A stretch of 64,000 bases of DNA, taken from positions 512,001 through 576,000 of the forward strand of contig CAVXWP010000009.1 in the NCBI GenBank assembly GCA_963765495.1, in the 5' to 3' direction. This document shows, piece after piece, positions 30,408 through 40,710 of this stretch; the stretch's first letter is position 1, and each line of letters begins with the position of its first letter. The DNA comes from Blastocatellia bacterium (GTDB lineage: Bacteria; Acidobacteriota; Blastocatellia; UBA7656). The notes below the pieces were generated by a model that worked only from the letters and a program-made list of their open reading frames with translations, had not been told where the DNA came from and ran no database searches. A program made the translations under genes and the position numbers.

Positions 30408-30512
30408 TGAACAGATTCTTTGGAAACGGGCTGGCTGCCTTGCCTTGCATACGAGCTATCGTTATGTGAAACTTTCCGGCTTACGAGCAAACATCTGTCG
30501 GATTGATTTGCG

Positions 30513-31538
30513 ATGCATAACCTCGGACAGTTAGCGGGAATCATAAAAGCCGACTTGATAGGCGATCCTCAAGCCATCGTGCGGAGGGCCAGAGCATTCG
30601 AGATGGCCGAAGAGGGCGATGTCACGCTCGCTTCAAATGCCCGCTATCTTCGCCTTATGGCCGATTGCCCGGCCACGGCCATCATAGTCGCTTCTCCGAT
30701 TGCCGGATCAAATCATAACCTGCTCGTAGCCGCAAAACCCAAACTGGCATTTGCCCGCGCCATCGAGGCGCTCCACGCCAGAGCCTATCAACCAACCGGC
30801 GTGAGCGAAGACCTGATAAAGGGCGCGGGTACGGCTCTCGGAGACGCCCTGTCAATCCACCCGCGAGTCACAATCGGGCGCGACTCGATCATAGAAGACC
30901 GCGTAACGCTCCACCCGGGCGTGGTCATAGGGGATCGCTGTCGCATAGGCGCGGATACGGTTCTCTTCGCAAACGTCGCGGTCTATGACGATTGCGAAAT
31001 CGGCAGCCGGGTAATTATTCACGCCGGAACCGTGATCGGCGCTGACGGGTTCGGGTTTGTGCCGGATGAGGAAGGTCGACAGGTCAAGCTGCTTCAGCTT
31101 GGCCGGGTTATCATCGATAATGATTGCGAAATCGGAGCCAATTGCGCCATTGATCGCGGAGGCTCAACCGATACGATTCTAAGTCGAGGCGTAAAGCTGG
31201 ACAATTTCATACAGGTGGGCCACGGCACACAGATAGGCGAAAACACCGTCATAGCCGCGCTCACAGGTTTTTCCGGCGGCACAATAATTGGACGCAACTG
31301 CGTTATAGCAGGCCAGGTCGGAACCGTTCAGCATATCACCATAGGCGATAATGCTACGATCACAGGAAAAGCCGTTTTGACCAAAAACGTGCGACCGGGC
31401 GCGATAATGGGCGGCATGATACCGGCTCAGGACTACAATGCATGGCGGCGATCGCACGTGTTATACTCACGACTGCCTGAACTGGCAAACCGCTTGAAGC
31501 AACTGGAAAAGATCGTTCTTAAAAAGAGTGAAGAGTAA
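30513..31538 (+). CDS. lpxD: UDP-3-O-acylglucosamine N-acyltransferase
   Basis: Hexapeptide repeats; GADGFGF, IGANCAIDRG and KLDN..QVGH motifs. Confidence 0.93.
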   Translation: MHNLGQLAGIIKADLIGDPQAIVRRARAFEMAEEGDVTLASNARYLRLMADCPATAIIVASPIAGSNHNLLVAAKPKLAFARAIEALHARAYQPTGVSEDLIKGAGTALGDALSIHPRVTIGRDSIIEDRVTLHPGVVIGDRCRIGADTVLFANVAVYDDCEIGSRVIIHAGTVIGADGFGFVPDEEGRQVKLLQLGRVIIDNDCEIGANCAIDRGGSTDTILSRGVKLDNFIQVGHGTQIGENTVIAALTGFSGGTIIGRNCVIAGQVGTVQHITIGDNATITGKAVLTKNVRPGAIMGGMIPAQDYNAWRRSHVLYSRLPELANRLKQLEKIVLKKSEE

Positions 31539-31665
31539 TCGTGATACGTGATGCGTGAAGAGTGATGCGTGATGCGTGACTTTCAGGCAGATCGCCCGTT
31601 AAAGAGAATTTGCAAGACGGGTAAATCACGAATCACTCTTCACGCTATCACGCGAGCGTATCACG
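31524..31665. repeat. Family B element (GCGTGAT / ATCACGC heptamers) overlapping the lpxD stop
   Basis: aagagtgaagagtaatcgtgatacgtgatgcgtga... and tcacgaatcactcttcacgctatcacg. Confidence 0.8.
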
Positions 31666-31675
31666 TAAGGGGGTT

Positions 31676-32173
31676 ATGGAGACACTACTTGACATAACGC
31701 AGATTCAGGCGATCCTGCCGCATCGCTATCCGTTCCTGCTCGTAGATCGCATCATCGAGTACGAGATGAACAAGCGCGTAGTCGGGATAAAAAACGTGAC
31801 CATAAACGAACCGTTCTTTGCGGGTCATTTTCCGGGAGCGCCCGTCATGCCGGGGGTTCTCATTGTGGAAGCGATGGCGCAGACGGCGGGCGTGATGATG
31901 CTTGCAAGTCTGCCCGACCGTCAATCGAAACTTGTCTTTTTCACCGGGATTGACGGCGCGAAATTCAGAAGACCGGTCGTGCCCGGCGATCAACTCAGGC
32001 TTGAGCTTGAAGTGCTGCGGCTGCGGCCCCGTTATATAAAACTCAGGGGCAAAGCCTACGTTGACGGCCAGCTTGTAGCCGAGGCGGAAATCTCGTCCTC
32101 GCTTGTCGAGCGCAGCGTTATCGAGCGCGGCAATGAGATAAATCAGGCCGCGTTCACCCCCGTAGAGAAGTAA
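31676..32173 (+). CDS. fabZ: 3-hydroxyacyl-ACP dehydratase
   Basis: [11 protein letters not shown]; [20 protein letters not shown]. Confidence 0.95.
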   Translation: METLLDITQIQAILPHRYPFLLVDRIIEYEMNKRVVGIKNVTINEPFFAGHFPGAPVMPGVLIVEAMAQTAGVMMLASLPDRQSKLVFFTGIDGAKFRRPVVPGDQLRLELEVLRLRPRYIKLRGKAYVDGQLVAEAEISSSLVERSVIERGNEINQAAFTPVEK

Positions 32174-32206
32174 TCCATCCGCGCGAGGAGATCGTCGCCA
32201 GACATT

Positions 32207-32977
32207 ATGATTCATCCGACAGCCATAATCAGCCCGAAGGCCGAGCTGGGCGCAAACGTCTCTATCGGGCCATACTCGATCATAGGCGATGATGTAATAC
32301 TGCACGACTATGTGCGCGTGGGTAGCCATTGCGTCATCGAAGGCCCTTCGGAATTCGGGCGCGACTCGGTCTTTTTCCCCTTCGTGTCGGCGGGGCAGAC
32401 TCCACACGATCTGAAATACAGGGGAGAGCGAAGCTGGCTCCGCGCCGGAGAGCGAAATACATTCCGCGAATTCGTTACGCTGCACAGGGGGACCGAAGGA
32501 GGCGGCAACCTGACCCGGATCGGTTCGGATAACCTCTTTATGGCTCAATGCCACGTGGCGCACGACTGCCTGATAGGCGACCACGTGATATTTGCAAACG
32601 GGGCCTCGCTTGCGGGCCACGTGCTGGTCGAAGACTACGTGACGCTCGGCGCATACTCAGGAGTGCACCAGTTCTGCCGGGTAGGCCGTCACGCCTTTAT
32701 AGGCGCTTCCTCCGTAGTGGTCAAAGACGCATTGCCTTATGCGCGAACCGTAGGCAATCACGCCCGGTGCTATGGACCCAACAGGATCGGGCTTCGCCGT
32801 CGTGGATTCTCCAATGATGAAATGCGACACATCTCGCATGCCTTTCACCTTTTACTCTCTTCGCGGCTCAACACTTCGCAGGCGCTTGAAGCCATAAAGA
32901 GCGACCTGGGCAGTTGGCCCGAGATTGATTACCTGATCGAATTCATCGAGACCTCCGAGCGTGGAGTAACTAAATAG
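32207..32977 (+). CDS. lpxA: UDP-GlcNAc O-acyltransferase
   Basis: IHPTAII, DLKY.GE, HRGT, HVAHDC and VHQF motifs. Confidence 0.95.
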   Translation: MIHPTAIISPKAELGANVSIGPYSIIGDDVILHDYVRVGSHCVIEGPSEFGRDSVFFPFVSAGQTPHDLKYRGERSWLRAGERNTFREFVTLHRGTEGGGNLTRIGSDNLFMAQCHVAHDCLIGDHVIFANGASLAGHVLVEDYVTLGAYSGVHQFCRVGRHAFIGASSVVVKDALPYARTVGNHARCYGPNRIGLRRRGFSNDEMRHISHAFHLLLSSRLNTSQALEAIKSDLGSWPEIDYLIEFIETSERGVTK

Positions 32978-33121
32978 GGGCCAGGGGCCGGGGGTCAGGG
33001 GCCGGTATCACAAGAAGAGAGCGGGATCGGTAACAGATGGAAGACCATACTATCAGCAAATCACCGGGGCACCAGAATAATCACTCAACACCGGCCCCCG
33101 GCCCCCGACCCCCGGCCCCTA
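32975..33121. repeat. Family E element (GGGGCCR/GGGGTCR heptamer arms) spanning the lpxA stop and lpxI start
   Basis: taggggccaggggccgggggtcaggggccggt ... accggcccccggcccccgacccccggccccta. Confidence 0.85.
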
Positions 33122-33930
33122 CTACAAAGTATGGATTGATAGCCGGTAACGGACGATTCCCTTTTCTGGTGCTCGAAGGGGCTCGCGCGAGTGGGGTCGA
33201 GATGGTCGTGGCTGCGATAAAAGAGGAGACCGCCCCCGAGATTGAAGAATTGACTCCGCAGATTGAATGGGTAGGCGTGGGGCAACTGGGTCGATTGATT
33301 CGCTTTTTCAAGCGAGAGCAGGTTACTCATGCCATCATGGCCGGTCAGGTCAAGCATCATCAAATCTTCCGGCTCAATGCCCTGCCCGATCTTAGAATGG
33401 TGCGTCTGCTTGCGCGGCTGGCATCGAAAAACACCGACAGTCTTATTGGAGCAGTGGCCGCCGAACTTGCCCGCGAGGGCATAACTCTGGTTGATTCGAC
33501 GACCTTTCTGGAATCATTTATCGCGCGCTCCGGGGTGCTCACGCGTCGCTCGCCTTCACGTCAGGAACGCGCAGATATTGAATATGGCCTGACGATTGCG
33601 CGAGAGATTGCCCGGCTCGACCTCGGTCAGACAATAGCCGTAAAAGATCAGGCGGTTGTAGCGATTGAAGCGATGGAAGGAACCGACGCGGTGATTCTGC
33701 GAGCCGGTGAGATCACAGGCAATCGCCCGTTCGTGGTTATCAAGACAGCCAAACCAAATCAGGACATGCGATTCGATGTGCCGGTAATCGGTATACCGAC
33801 CATCGAAGCTATGAGCCGCGCGGGCGCTACGGCTATACACGTCTCAGCCGATAAGACGCTCCTGTTCGACAGAGAAGAGTTGATCGCGCTGGCCGACAAG
33901 CTCAAAATTGCTGTGGTCAGTAAGCAGTAA
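33037..33930 (+). CDS. lpxI: UDP-2,3-diacylglucosamine pyrophosphatase LpxI
   Basis: GLIAGNG.FP, DLGQT, EAMEGTD and KPNQDMRFDVPVIG motifs. Confidence 0.9.
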   Translation: MEDHTISKSPGHQNNHSTPAPGPRPPAPTTKYGLIAGNGRFPFLVLEGARASGVEMVVAAIKEETAPEIEELTPQIEWVGVGQLGRLIRFFKREQVTHAIMAGQVKHHQIFRLNALPDLRMVRLLARLASKNTDSLIGAVAAELAREGITLVDSTTFLESFIARSGVLTRRSPSRQERADIEYGLTIAREIARLDLGQTIAVKDQAVVAIEAMEGTDAVILRAGEITGNRPFVVIKTAKPNQDMRFDVPVIGIPTIEAMSRAGATAIHVSADKTLLFDREELIALADKLKIAVVSKQ

Positions 33931-34082
33931 GCAGTATGCAGTAGGCAGTAGGCAGTTGTACTAGAGGCGGGTACCAACTATTCGCATCTATATATTGCCT
34001 TGCTGAGTTCGACCCTTTGACTTTGATCTTGATTATCAGGTCAACTGCCTACTGCCTACTGCTTACTGCATACTGCCTACTG
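33918..34082. repeat. Family A element (core reversed) overlapping the lpxI stop
   Basis: cagtaag x2, cagtatg, cagtagg x2; core gaggcgggtaccaactattc; about 5 actgcct/actgctt/actgcat units. Confidence 0.85.
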
Positions 34083-34125
34083 TTTGTGGTAAACTGAATT
34101 TGAGTGAGAAACCCTATCAGAGCGA

Positions 34126-34836
34126 TTGAAGATGATCAGAAATACCCCGGCTGAATTCGACCCGGAAAGCGCAATTATAGACGCCGATCTGCTGGTCAAG
34201 TACCGCATGGTCAACCGCGCTATCGAGACGCTGGAACGTGCTATTGACAGCGCGCCGCGCCACGTAGGGCTACGCGAGAAATTGCGCGAGATATTGATAG
34301 AAGTGGGCCGCCGCGATCACGCTGCGCAGCAGTGTCTCGCGCTTGCGAGCCTTCACATCTCATCGGGCGATCTGGAAAGAGCCAACGAACGATTGCTTGA
34401 AGCCAAACGACTCGACCCGCGAGTCTCTGTAACCGGGCAACTTCACGACGTTCGCCGGACAACCGCGCCTCCGGCTCGCGCCGAGCCTTCGGCTACGGGC
34501 GCTCAAAAAATATTCTGGGGAAGCCTGGCCGATATAAATCTCTTTGACGTGGTGCAGATAGTAGAAAACAGCCGCCTCAAGGGAGCGCTGTTTATTGCAT
34601 CATCGGCCGGAGACGGCGAGATCTATTTCCGCGACGGACAGATCATCGGCGCAAAATCCGATCAAGAGACGGGTATGTCGGCGCTCAGCCGAATGCTTGG
34701 AGCAATTGACGGCACTTTCGAGTTCGAGAAATCTTCCAAAGAGCATGAGCAAACCATTCAAGCCAATAATAATACGGCCCTCATACTCGACATGCTGCGC
34801 GCCAAAGATGAAGAAGAATACGGGCTGGGATTGTAA
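34126..34836 (+). CDS. TPR-like plus DUF4388 (PATAN-like) domain protein
   Basis: GSLADINLFDVVQ...G.L.I....G.IYFRDGQII.A...G.F.F; TPR-like N-terminus; start uncertain. Confidence 0.7.
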   Translation: MKMIRNTPAEFDPESAIIDADLLVKYRMVNRAIETLERAIDSAPRHVGLREKLREILIEVGRRDHAAQQCLALASLHISSGDLERANERLLEAKRLDPRVSVTGQLHDVRRTTAPPARAEPSATGAQKIFWGSLADINLFDVVQIVENSRLKGALFIASSAGDGEIYFRDGQIIGAKSDQETGMSALSRMLGAIDGTFEFEKSSKEHEQTIQANNNTALILDMLRAKDEEEYGLGL

Positions 34837-34967
34837 ACTCCCCGAGCGCATCATCACGCAGCCGTTCATCATGATCTATAGTAGTATCGACAAGTAACCA
34901 CACGATCTTTTGTATTGTGCGGATCGTTTGCGCCTGAATGTGGGCGCAAGTCCTAAATCAAAAACTT

Positions 34968-35003
34968 CGGAGGGCACAGAGTCAATCGATTCTGTGCCCT
35001 CCG
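34968..35003. terminator. Hairpin between convergent genes
   Basis: cggagggcacaga-gtcaatcgat-tctgtgccctccg. Confidence 0.65.
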
Positions 35004-35033
35004 GTTTGATGACTATGTCGGTCAAGGAGCAGG

Positions 35034-35648
35034 CTAAGGCTTTTGCGCCGGAGGGGCGGCTGCTCCAGGAACGGGGTTGGCCTTGTTGTACTCTTTGATG
35101 AAATCTTCCGTCACGTCGGTGCGCGGGTCGAACCAGACTATCGTGCTCGATTCCACGGCATTGGCCAGGTCTATGAGCATAACGATGCCCCGTTTTGCCG
35201 TGTATTCCTCGGCGAATTTGATCAGCTTTTTGTCGAGCGGTTCGAAGGCCTGATTTCGCACCCGCTGGCCTTCGGCCTGAAGGTCTTCGGCCTGACGCTG
35301 ATACTCGCGTTTTTGCCGGTCGAGTTGTTCGCTCATCTCGGCGAGGCGGGACGGATCAAGCGAGGCTCGTTGCGTGTTTATAGTGGTCTCAAGCGCGGTG
35401 ATTCTATCCGCCTTCGTCTGCAAATCCTTAACGCGAGGCTCGTATTGGCGATTAAGCTCTTCGAGCTTGATTCGAAATTCGGTTATATTCGTCTGAAAGG
35501 CATCCGTATTTACGACCGCGATCTTGCCCTTTGGCAGCATCGCCGGTGCCGCGCCCTGATTGGCTACCGCGCTCACCTGCTGGGCCGCAGCCACCGAGGC
35601 CAGACCGAGCAGAGCCAGTATTGCCGGCAATAACTTAAATTGCTTCAT
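35034..35648 (-). CDS. skp: OmpH/Skp periplasmic chaperone, copy 2
   Basis: Signal peptide; KIAVVN; coiled coil; DVTEDFIKEYN. Confidence 0.8.
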   Translation of the reverse strand: MKQFKLLPAILALLGLASVAAAQQVSAVANQGAAPAMLPKGKIAVVNTDAFQTNITEFRIKLEELNRQYEPRVKDLQTKADRITALETTINTQRASLDPSRLAEMSEQLDRQKREYQRQAEDLQAEGQRVRNQAFEPLDKKLIKFAEEYTAKRGIVMLIDLANAVESSTIVWFDPRTDVTEDFIKEYNKANPVPGAAAPPAQKP

Positions 35649-35668
35649 GGACTACTCCTTTCCTGCCC

Positions 35669-36307
35669 TCAAGGCTTGCTGGGTGCGGGCTTCGTCGCGG
35701 GTTTAGTCGCGGCGGGCGGCGGAGGCGAGCCTCCGGCCACGGGATTTGCCTTGTTGTACTCGGTGATAAAGTCCTGCGTTATATCGGCACCGGGATTGAC
35801 ATAGGCCAGAGATCCTGTTTGAGCCGCACCGGGCAGGTTGAGTATCAGAACGATGCCGCGCTGTGTGGCATAGTTCTGAATAAACTGAGACAGCTTATCA
35901 TAGATGGGGCGGGTGGCATTTTCGCGCGCCTTGTCGAGTTCGGCCTTGAGATCTTCGTACTCGCGCGTGCCTCGCTTCTTCATATCGTCGTAACGATCCT
36001 GCAATTGCCTGAGCGCATCCTGACTCATGCTCGGGCCTTTGGTCTTTATCTCTTCTTCCATCTGCTTCAATTGAGTCTCCATGCCCTGAAGCGCTTCATA
36101 ACGTTGTTTATACTGGCCTTCCACCTGTTCGTATTTTACTTTCAACTCACCTATTTGCGAGGGAAAGGCTGCTGTGTTTATCACGGCTACTTTGCCATCG
36201 GGGATCGCTCCGGCAACCCCGGCCTGAGTAGCCGACTGCGCCGAAGCGCTTACAGCTACTGCTGCCAGAACCGCGAGTGAAAAGGCAGCAATCTTTAACT
36301 TTATCAT
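35669..36307 (-). CDS. skp: OmpH/Skp periplasmic chaperone, copy 1
   Basis: Signal peptide; KVAVIN; coiled coil; DITQDFITEYN; follows bamA. Confidence 0.8.
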   Translation of the reverse strand: MIKLKIAAFSLAVLAAVAVSASAQSATQAGVAGAIPDGKVAVINTAAFPSQIGELKVKYEQVEGQYKQRYEALQGMETQLKQMEEEIKTKGPSMSQDALRQLQDRYDDMKKRGTREYEDLKAELDKARENATRPIYDKLSQFIQNYATQRGIVLILNLPGAAQTGSLAYVNPGADITQDFITEYNKANPVAGGSPPPPAATKPATKPAPSKP

Positions 36308-36438
36308 AACTGCTCCTGTCGGTTTTGGATTGATACAGGCCGACGGTGAACGCCGACCCTTACCTGATAAAGGGTGATTATACCAGCGACGAGCAGGGTG
36401 TGACCAGCATTAAGTTACCACACCCGCTCGCCGAAATA

Positions 36439-39384
36439 TTAAAAAGTTCGCCCGATTGAGAAGCGAACAGCGCGTTTCTCTTCGATGAATCCCAGAGCGT
36501 TGTTTTTGGCATTCGGGTTTAGCGCGAATATCAACCTGAAGGGCACATTGATTACCGGAACTTGAACGCGCACCTCTCCGCCCATGCTGTAGCGATAGTT
36601 ATCAAATATCCCTGCCTGAGAATTCGACAGGTCGAGGTTTTGTATTACCTGCTGGTCGCCAAACAGGAGGACCTGCTTGAACCCGGCGGGCAATGATCCG
36701 GCAGGCGTCTCAGGCGTTGTGGCCTGTCTGATCTCGCGCTGCGTAGCTATCTGTCCTCGCGGGTTGAGGATCTCTGACCCCAGAACTTGACCTGAAATGA
36801 ATTCGCTCGTGACCGCCTGATCTTCGAGGCTGCGCAGATTGAAGACCGATCCTATGTCAAAAAACGGCACAAAAGCCACCGGCCCGAATATCGGTATGCG
36901 ATATTCGAGATTGAAAAGAAGCTCGGTATCGCCGCCTATGATCTGAGGAAATGGCACAGACCCGGGGGTCGTGAAATCGCTGACCGTGTATTTATCAAGC
37001 ACGCTCGGCGCCACGCTTTTTGAAGTGGCGTTGCCGGGCGCTCTCACCGGCAGACGAGTGGTGCCGAGCGTATCGGTCGAGGCGTAGACGTTGCGCGTAT
37101 TCGACGTGTTGCTTACAAACGCTATAGGCGAGATGCCGCGTATGCTGTAGCCGCGTATGGTCTCTTCCCCGCCGAGGAAGAAGCGCGAAAACAGAGGCGT
37201 ACCGCCTATGAAGGAAAACGAATTGGATTCAAACGGGGTGCCGAACGAGCTTATGTGGCCAAACAGAGCCCGGAATCCGAACGTGCGCGTCTTGCTCGGG
37301 TCGGGCCGCGCCGTCGCTTCGCGCCCAGCAAAAAGCGGGCGGAAATACTTGTACTCTATAGTCGGCTGTATGGTGTTCACCTTGCCGCCCAGTATGCTGC
37401 CCGAAAACGCCATCGCAAATGAGAGCGCCTGCCCGTTGGTCGGGTCGAGCGACGAGTTGAGCGTGTAGTAAGAGATGGACGGAGTAACAGTGGATTGCGT
37501 CACCCCGCTTTGCCGGAATGTGACCGGGATGTCGTTCTCCTTTATGTTATCCCGATTCGCCTCCGGGTCTATGATGTCGGTAGTCCTGAACGAATAGGAG
37601 AGACCGAGCCTTATAAAGCGGCCCTTTCTAAACTTCGGCATGAAGTAAGAAAGCGGAGCCGATGACGATACTGATGCTCCGACCGTCTTTTGAGTGAAGA
37701 GCGACTGGTTGAGCTGTTCAAGCGTGCTCGCCGCGTTGATAAAGGATATGCCCTGACCAAAGAACTGGTAGTCCTGATAAAAGACGCTGAAGCCCAGACT
37801 CACGGGTGTGCCGCGCAGATAGGGCTCTGTGAAGCCAAACGAGGCTACCTTCTGGCGATTTCCCGCCGCTACGGAAAACGACAGCGATTCGCCGTATCCG
37901 AGCAGGTTGTTGGTCGAATAATCTATTCCGAGAAACGAACCGCCTATGCCCGAGACGCCGCCCGTAAAGCTTATCTGCTGGCGGCCTTTTTCCTGTAATT
38001 TGAGCGTGATGTCTACCTGTCCTTCGCGCTCGTTTGTATTGACCGTGGCATCTTCTTCCTTGACCTGCTCGAAATATCCAAGCTGGTTGAGGCGCAACAG
38101 GCTGTAGTTCCACAACTCTTCGTTGTAGCGCTCGCCTTCGTTTAGCAGGACTTCGCGGCGAATGACGTTATCGCGCGTAAAGGTGTTGCCGATAAATTCG
38201 AGGCGGCGCAGGGTGTACTGCTTGCCCTCTTCCACGGTAAAAGTTATATCGGCTGTGCCCTTGCCCGGATCGTTCGGATCGTCGTGAAATTCGGGAATAA
38301 AGCCCGAATTGAATTGAATGTAGCCGCGCGAACCGTAAAGCTTTTTGAGATTGTCCAGCCCCTTCTGCAACACGGAGTAAGCCTTTATCGTTTCGCCCGG
38401 TTTTATGCCTACAACCGAAATTATCTGATCGTTTGAAAACTCGGTGTTGTCTTCTACCTTGATCTCTCCGGCCTTATACTGTCGGCCCTCATCGACTGGG
38501 ATAACGATCTTCAACCCCTGCCCCTTATGACCGAAGATCGGGACCCAGGTTCCCACATGTCCGACTTCTTCGACTCTGGGCGTTCCGAAGCGTGTGCGCA
38601 GGTATCCGTTGTCGGCATAAACCAGCACGCGCAACCGTTCGAGGTCGGCCTGAAGCTTCTCTTTGTGATAGATATCTTTCGATGAGAAGGTCGTAAACAG
38701 CCCCAGTTGTTTTACGAGTTTCATCTTGCCGCGCAGATAGGAATCCGAATAGACCTGATTGCCTTCAAACTCTATGTCTGCGACGCGATACCGGGGGCCT
38801 TCTTCGATTTTGAACTTGAGCGCGACAGCCGTCTTTGAAATCTCTTCAAGCTCCGGCTCTACCGTGGCGTCGGGGTGGCCCTCGTTTGCAAGCAACTCCT
38901 TGATGACGGCGGCGGCGCGTTTGGCCTTTACCGGATCGTATTGCGACTCTTTCGACAATCCGACCTGACGCTTGCGGAACTCTTCGAGCACCGTGGACTG
39001 CTGTATGGATTTCAGCCCGTCATAACTGATGTCGAGAAGCAGCGGCCATTCCGTCACCTCGAAGGTCACGATCTTTCCCCCGCGCAGCCCTTCTTCGGTA
39101 TAGACTTTTACATCCGAAAAATGGCCCTGAGCATAAAGCGAACGGACATCGCGGTCGAGTTGAGCCGGGTTGTATGGATCTCCTTCGCGAGTGCCGATCC
39201 ATATTTTGGCCGTTGTTTCGGGAATACGGCGAAGACCTCGAATAAGCACTTGCTCGACGGGCACTTCCTGTTGTTGTTTGCTCGCCAGCGCGAGCGGATT
39301 GAGCATTGCTACCTGTCCGATAAACGGCCAGATGCCGGCCGCAGCAACCAGCAATGCTGCAAGGTATAAAACACGCTTACTCAT
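36439..39384 (-). CDS. bamA: Outer membrane protein assembly factor BamA
   Basis: POTRA repeats (GNTFTRDNVIRRE, LNQLGYF); NNLLGYGE; FTEPY; IRGY loop 6; C-terminal Phe. Confidence 0.92.
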   Translation of the reverse strand: MSKRVLYLAALLVAAAGIWPFIGQVAMLNPLALASKQQQEVPVEQVLIRGLRRIPETTAKIWIGTREGDPYNPAQLDRDVRSLYAQGHFSDVKVYTEEGLRGGKIVTFEVTEWPLLLDISYDGLKSIQQSTVLEEFRKRQVGLSKESQYDPVKAKRAAAVIKELLANEGHPDATVEPELEEISKTAVALKFKIEEGPRYRVADIEFEGNQVYSDSYLRGKMKLVKQLGLFTTFSSKDIYHKEKLQADLERLRVLVYADNGYLRTRFGTPRVEEVGHVGTWVPIFGHKGQGLKIVIPVDEGRQYKAGEIKVEDNTEFSNDQIISVVGIKPGETIKAYSVLQKGLDNLKKLYGSRGYIQFNSGFIPEFHDDPNDPGKGTADITFTVEEGKQYTLRRLEFIGNTFTRDNVIRREVLLNEGERYNEELWNYSLLRLNQLGYFEQVKEEDATVNTNEREGQVDITLKLQEKGRQQISFTGGVSGIGGSFLGIDYSTNNLLGYGESLSFSVAAGNRQKVASFGFTEPYLRGTPVSLGFSVFYQDYQFFGQGISFINAASTLEQLNQSLFTQKTVGASVSSSAPLSYFMPKFRKGRFIRLGLSYSFRTTDIIDPEANRDNIKENDIPVTFRQSGVTQSTVTPSISYYTLNSSLDPTNGQALSFAMAFSGSILGGKVNTIQPTIEYKYFRPLFAGREATARPDPSKTRTFGFRALFGHISSFGTPFESNSFSFIGGTPLFSRFFLGGEETIRGYSIRGISPIAFVSNTSNTRNVYASTDTLGTTRLPVRAPGNATSKSVAPSVLDKYTVSDFTTPGSVPFPQIIGGDTELLFNLEYRIPIFGPVAFVPFFDIGSVFNLRSLEDQAVTSEFISGQVLGSEILNPRGQIATQREIRQATTPETPAGSLPAGFKQVLLFGDQQVIQNLDLSNSQAGIFDNYRYSMGGEVRVQVPVINVPFRLIFALNPNAKNNALGFIEEKRAVRFSIGRTF

Positions 39385-39800
39385 AGAAAAATCACACTCT
39401 CCCTAGAATTAAAGAGCATTCAGTCGGTTCGTACCACCTGCTGTTTTTTAGTCTGAGCGAGCCCGTAAATATCAAGACCACCTGGCCAAACCGCGTGACT
39501 TCCCGCATCAGAGTCGTCAAATACTGCTCGCTCAAAACACCCGACCGCGGCCGAGCACATCGGTTTAAAGCTGGTGGTCTTGCCTCTCACTAAAACATAG
39601 AACGTCAATTTGATCGGTTATTGTAACAAAAATGCATCGGGCAAGCCAAACGATGATGAGCCTTTGGCAATCAATCGCCAAATGGCTGCCGAACACGAAA
39701 TTATCGCCAGCTTGCTTGTGGAATGTAAAATATGAATAATTGTTTTTTCGATTATCTTCGCGTGCCGATTGATAACCCGGGCAGGGCGCGCAGTATTGCT

Positions 39801-40607
39801 ATGAGACTAAATACCTTGCTTTTTTTCCTTCTGGTCACATTTGCGGTGGCCTGCGAACCTTCACCACAAATCCCCGGCGGACAGAAGCAGAACGCGCCCG
39901 TCGTTATCAGCGCATCGCCCGACAGGCTTGAAAACGCCGAACGCCAGTGGAAACGTATGCTTGACGCCTACGGCGCAACCCAGACGCAACCCGACTTTCA
40001 CCCCATCATCTACACGCCGCGCTCGCTTTCCGGCGTCAATGGTCTAAACATAATGAAGGCCGCGCCCGAGCCCGGCACCGAAGTGACCGCTCAACGCGAG
40101 GCGGTCAAAAGATTCATAGACCGCTGGCAAGATTTGCTCAACGCCGACCCGGACGCCGTCTCTCTCGTAGACGCTCGCCAGATGGATACGAGCACGCAAC
40201 GATTGACCTATCGCCAGGCCAATTATCATTACCCTGTCGCGGGCAATTACGGAGAGATGACCGTCGTCATCAACAAAGAAGGTTTGCTTCTGCAACTCGA
40301 CGACCGTTTTCTTCCGGTGGTCGAGATACCGAATCAACCGCAGGTCAACCGCGATGCCGCCGCTCGAAGGGTCATAGGCCGCACATTCACCTATTCCGAT
40401 ATCGCAGGCCGTCCGCAGCAAGTCACTGTAAACGACCCGGCCCAGGTAAGAGTCAAGGAGCTTGTGATCGCGCCGATTGAAAAGCAGGATTCCATAGAAG
40501 TACACCTCGCCTGGGAAATCATAGCTGGGACATCGCTTTCCTGGACCGTGTATATAGACGCAATGACAGGCGAAGAGATTTTAGTCAAACAGAATTTCAA
40601 CACGTAG
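39801..40607 (+). CDS. Lipoprotein resembling a protease propeptide (FTP/PepSY-like), no catalytic domain
   Basis: Lipobox FAVA-C; YRQ..Y.YPV.G...V; C-terminal LAWEI...W.VYIDAMTGEEI. Confidence 0.6.
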   Translation: MRLNTLLFFLLVTFAVACEPSPQIPGGQKQNAPVVISASPDRLENAERQWKRMLDAYGATQTQPDFHPIIYTPRSLSGVNGLNIMKAAPEPGTEVTAQREAVKRFIDRWQDLLNADPDAVSLVDARQMDTSTQRLTYRQANYHYPVAGNYGEMTVVINKEGLLLQLDDRFLPVVEIPNQPQVNRDAAARRVIGRTFTYSDIAGRPQQVTVNDPAQVRVKELVIAPIEKQDSIEVHLAWEIIAGTSLSWTVYIDAMTGEEILVKQNFNT

Positions 40608-40703
40608 GGGCCGGGATCAGGGTCAGGGGTCGGGGTAGCAAACCCGGGGCCAGGATTTTTAACGATTCTCTAACCCGTATCCGGCACCGGCCCCTGACCG
40701 CTA
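40605..40703. repeat. Family E element beginning at the lipoprotein TAG
   Basis: taggggccgggatcagggtcaggggtcgggg ... ccggcaccggcccctgaccgcta. Confidence 0.7.
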
Positions 40704-40710
40704 AAAGAAT

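Noticed and set aside
31685-32620. 311-aa antisense ORF over fabZ-lpxA (similarly 27621-28463, 45965-46921, 49746-50606)
   Set aside because: Fully overlap confident housekeeping genes on the other strand
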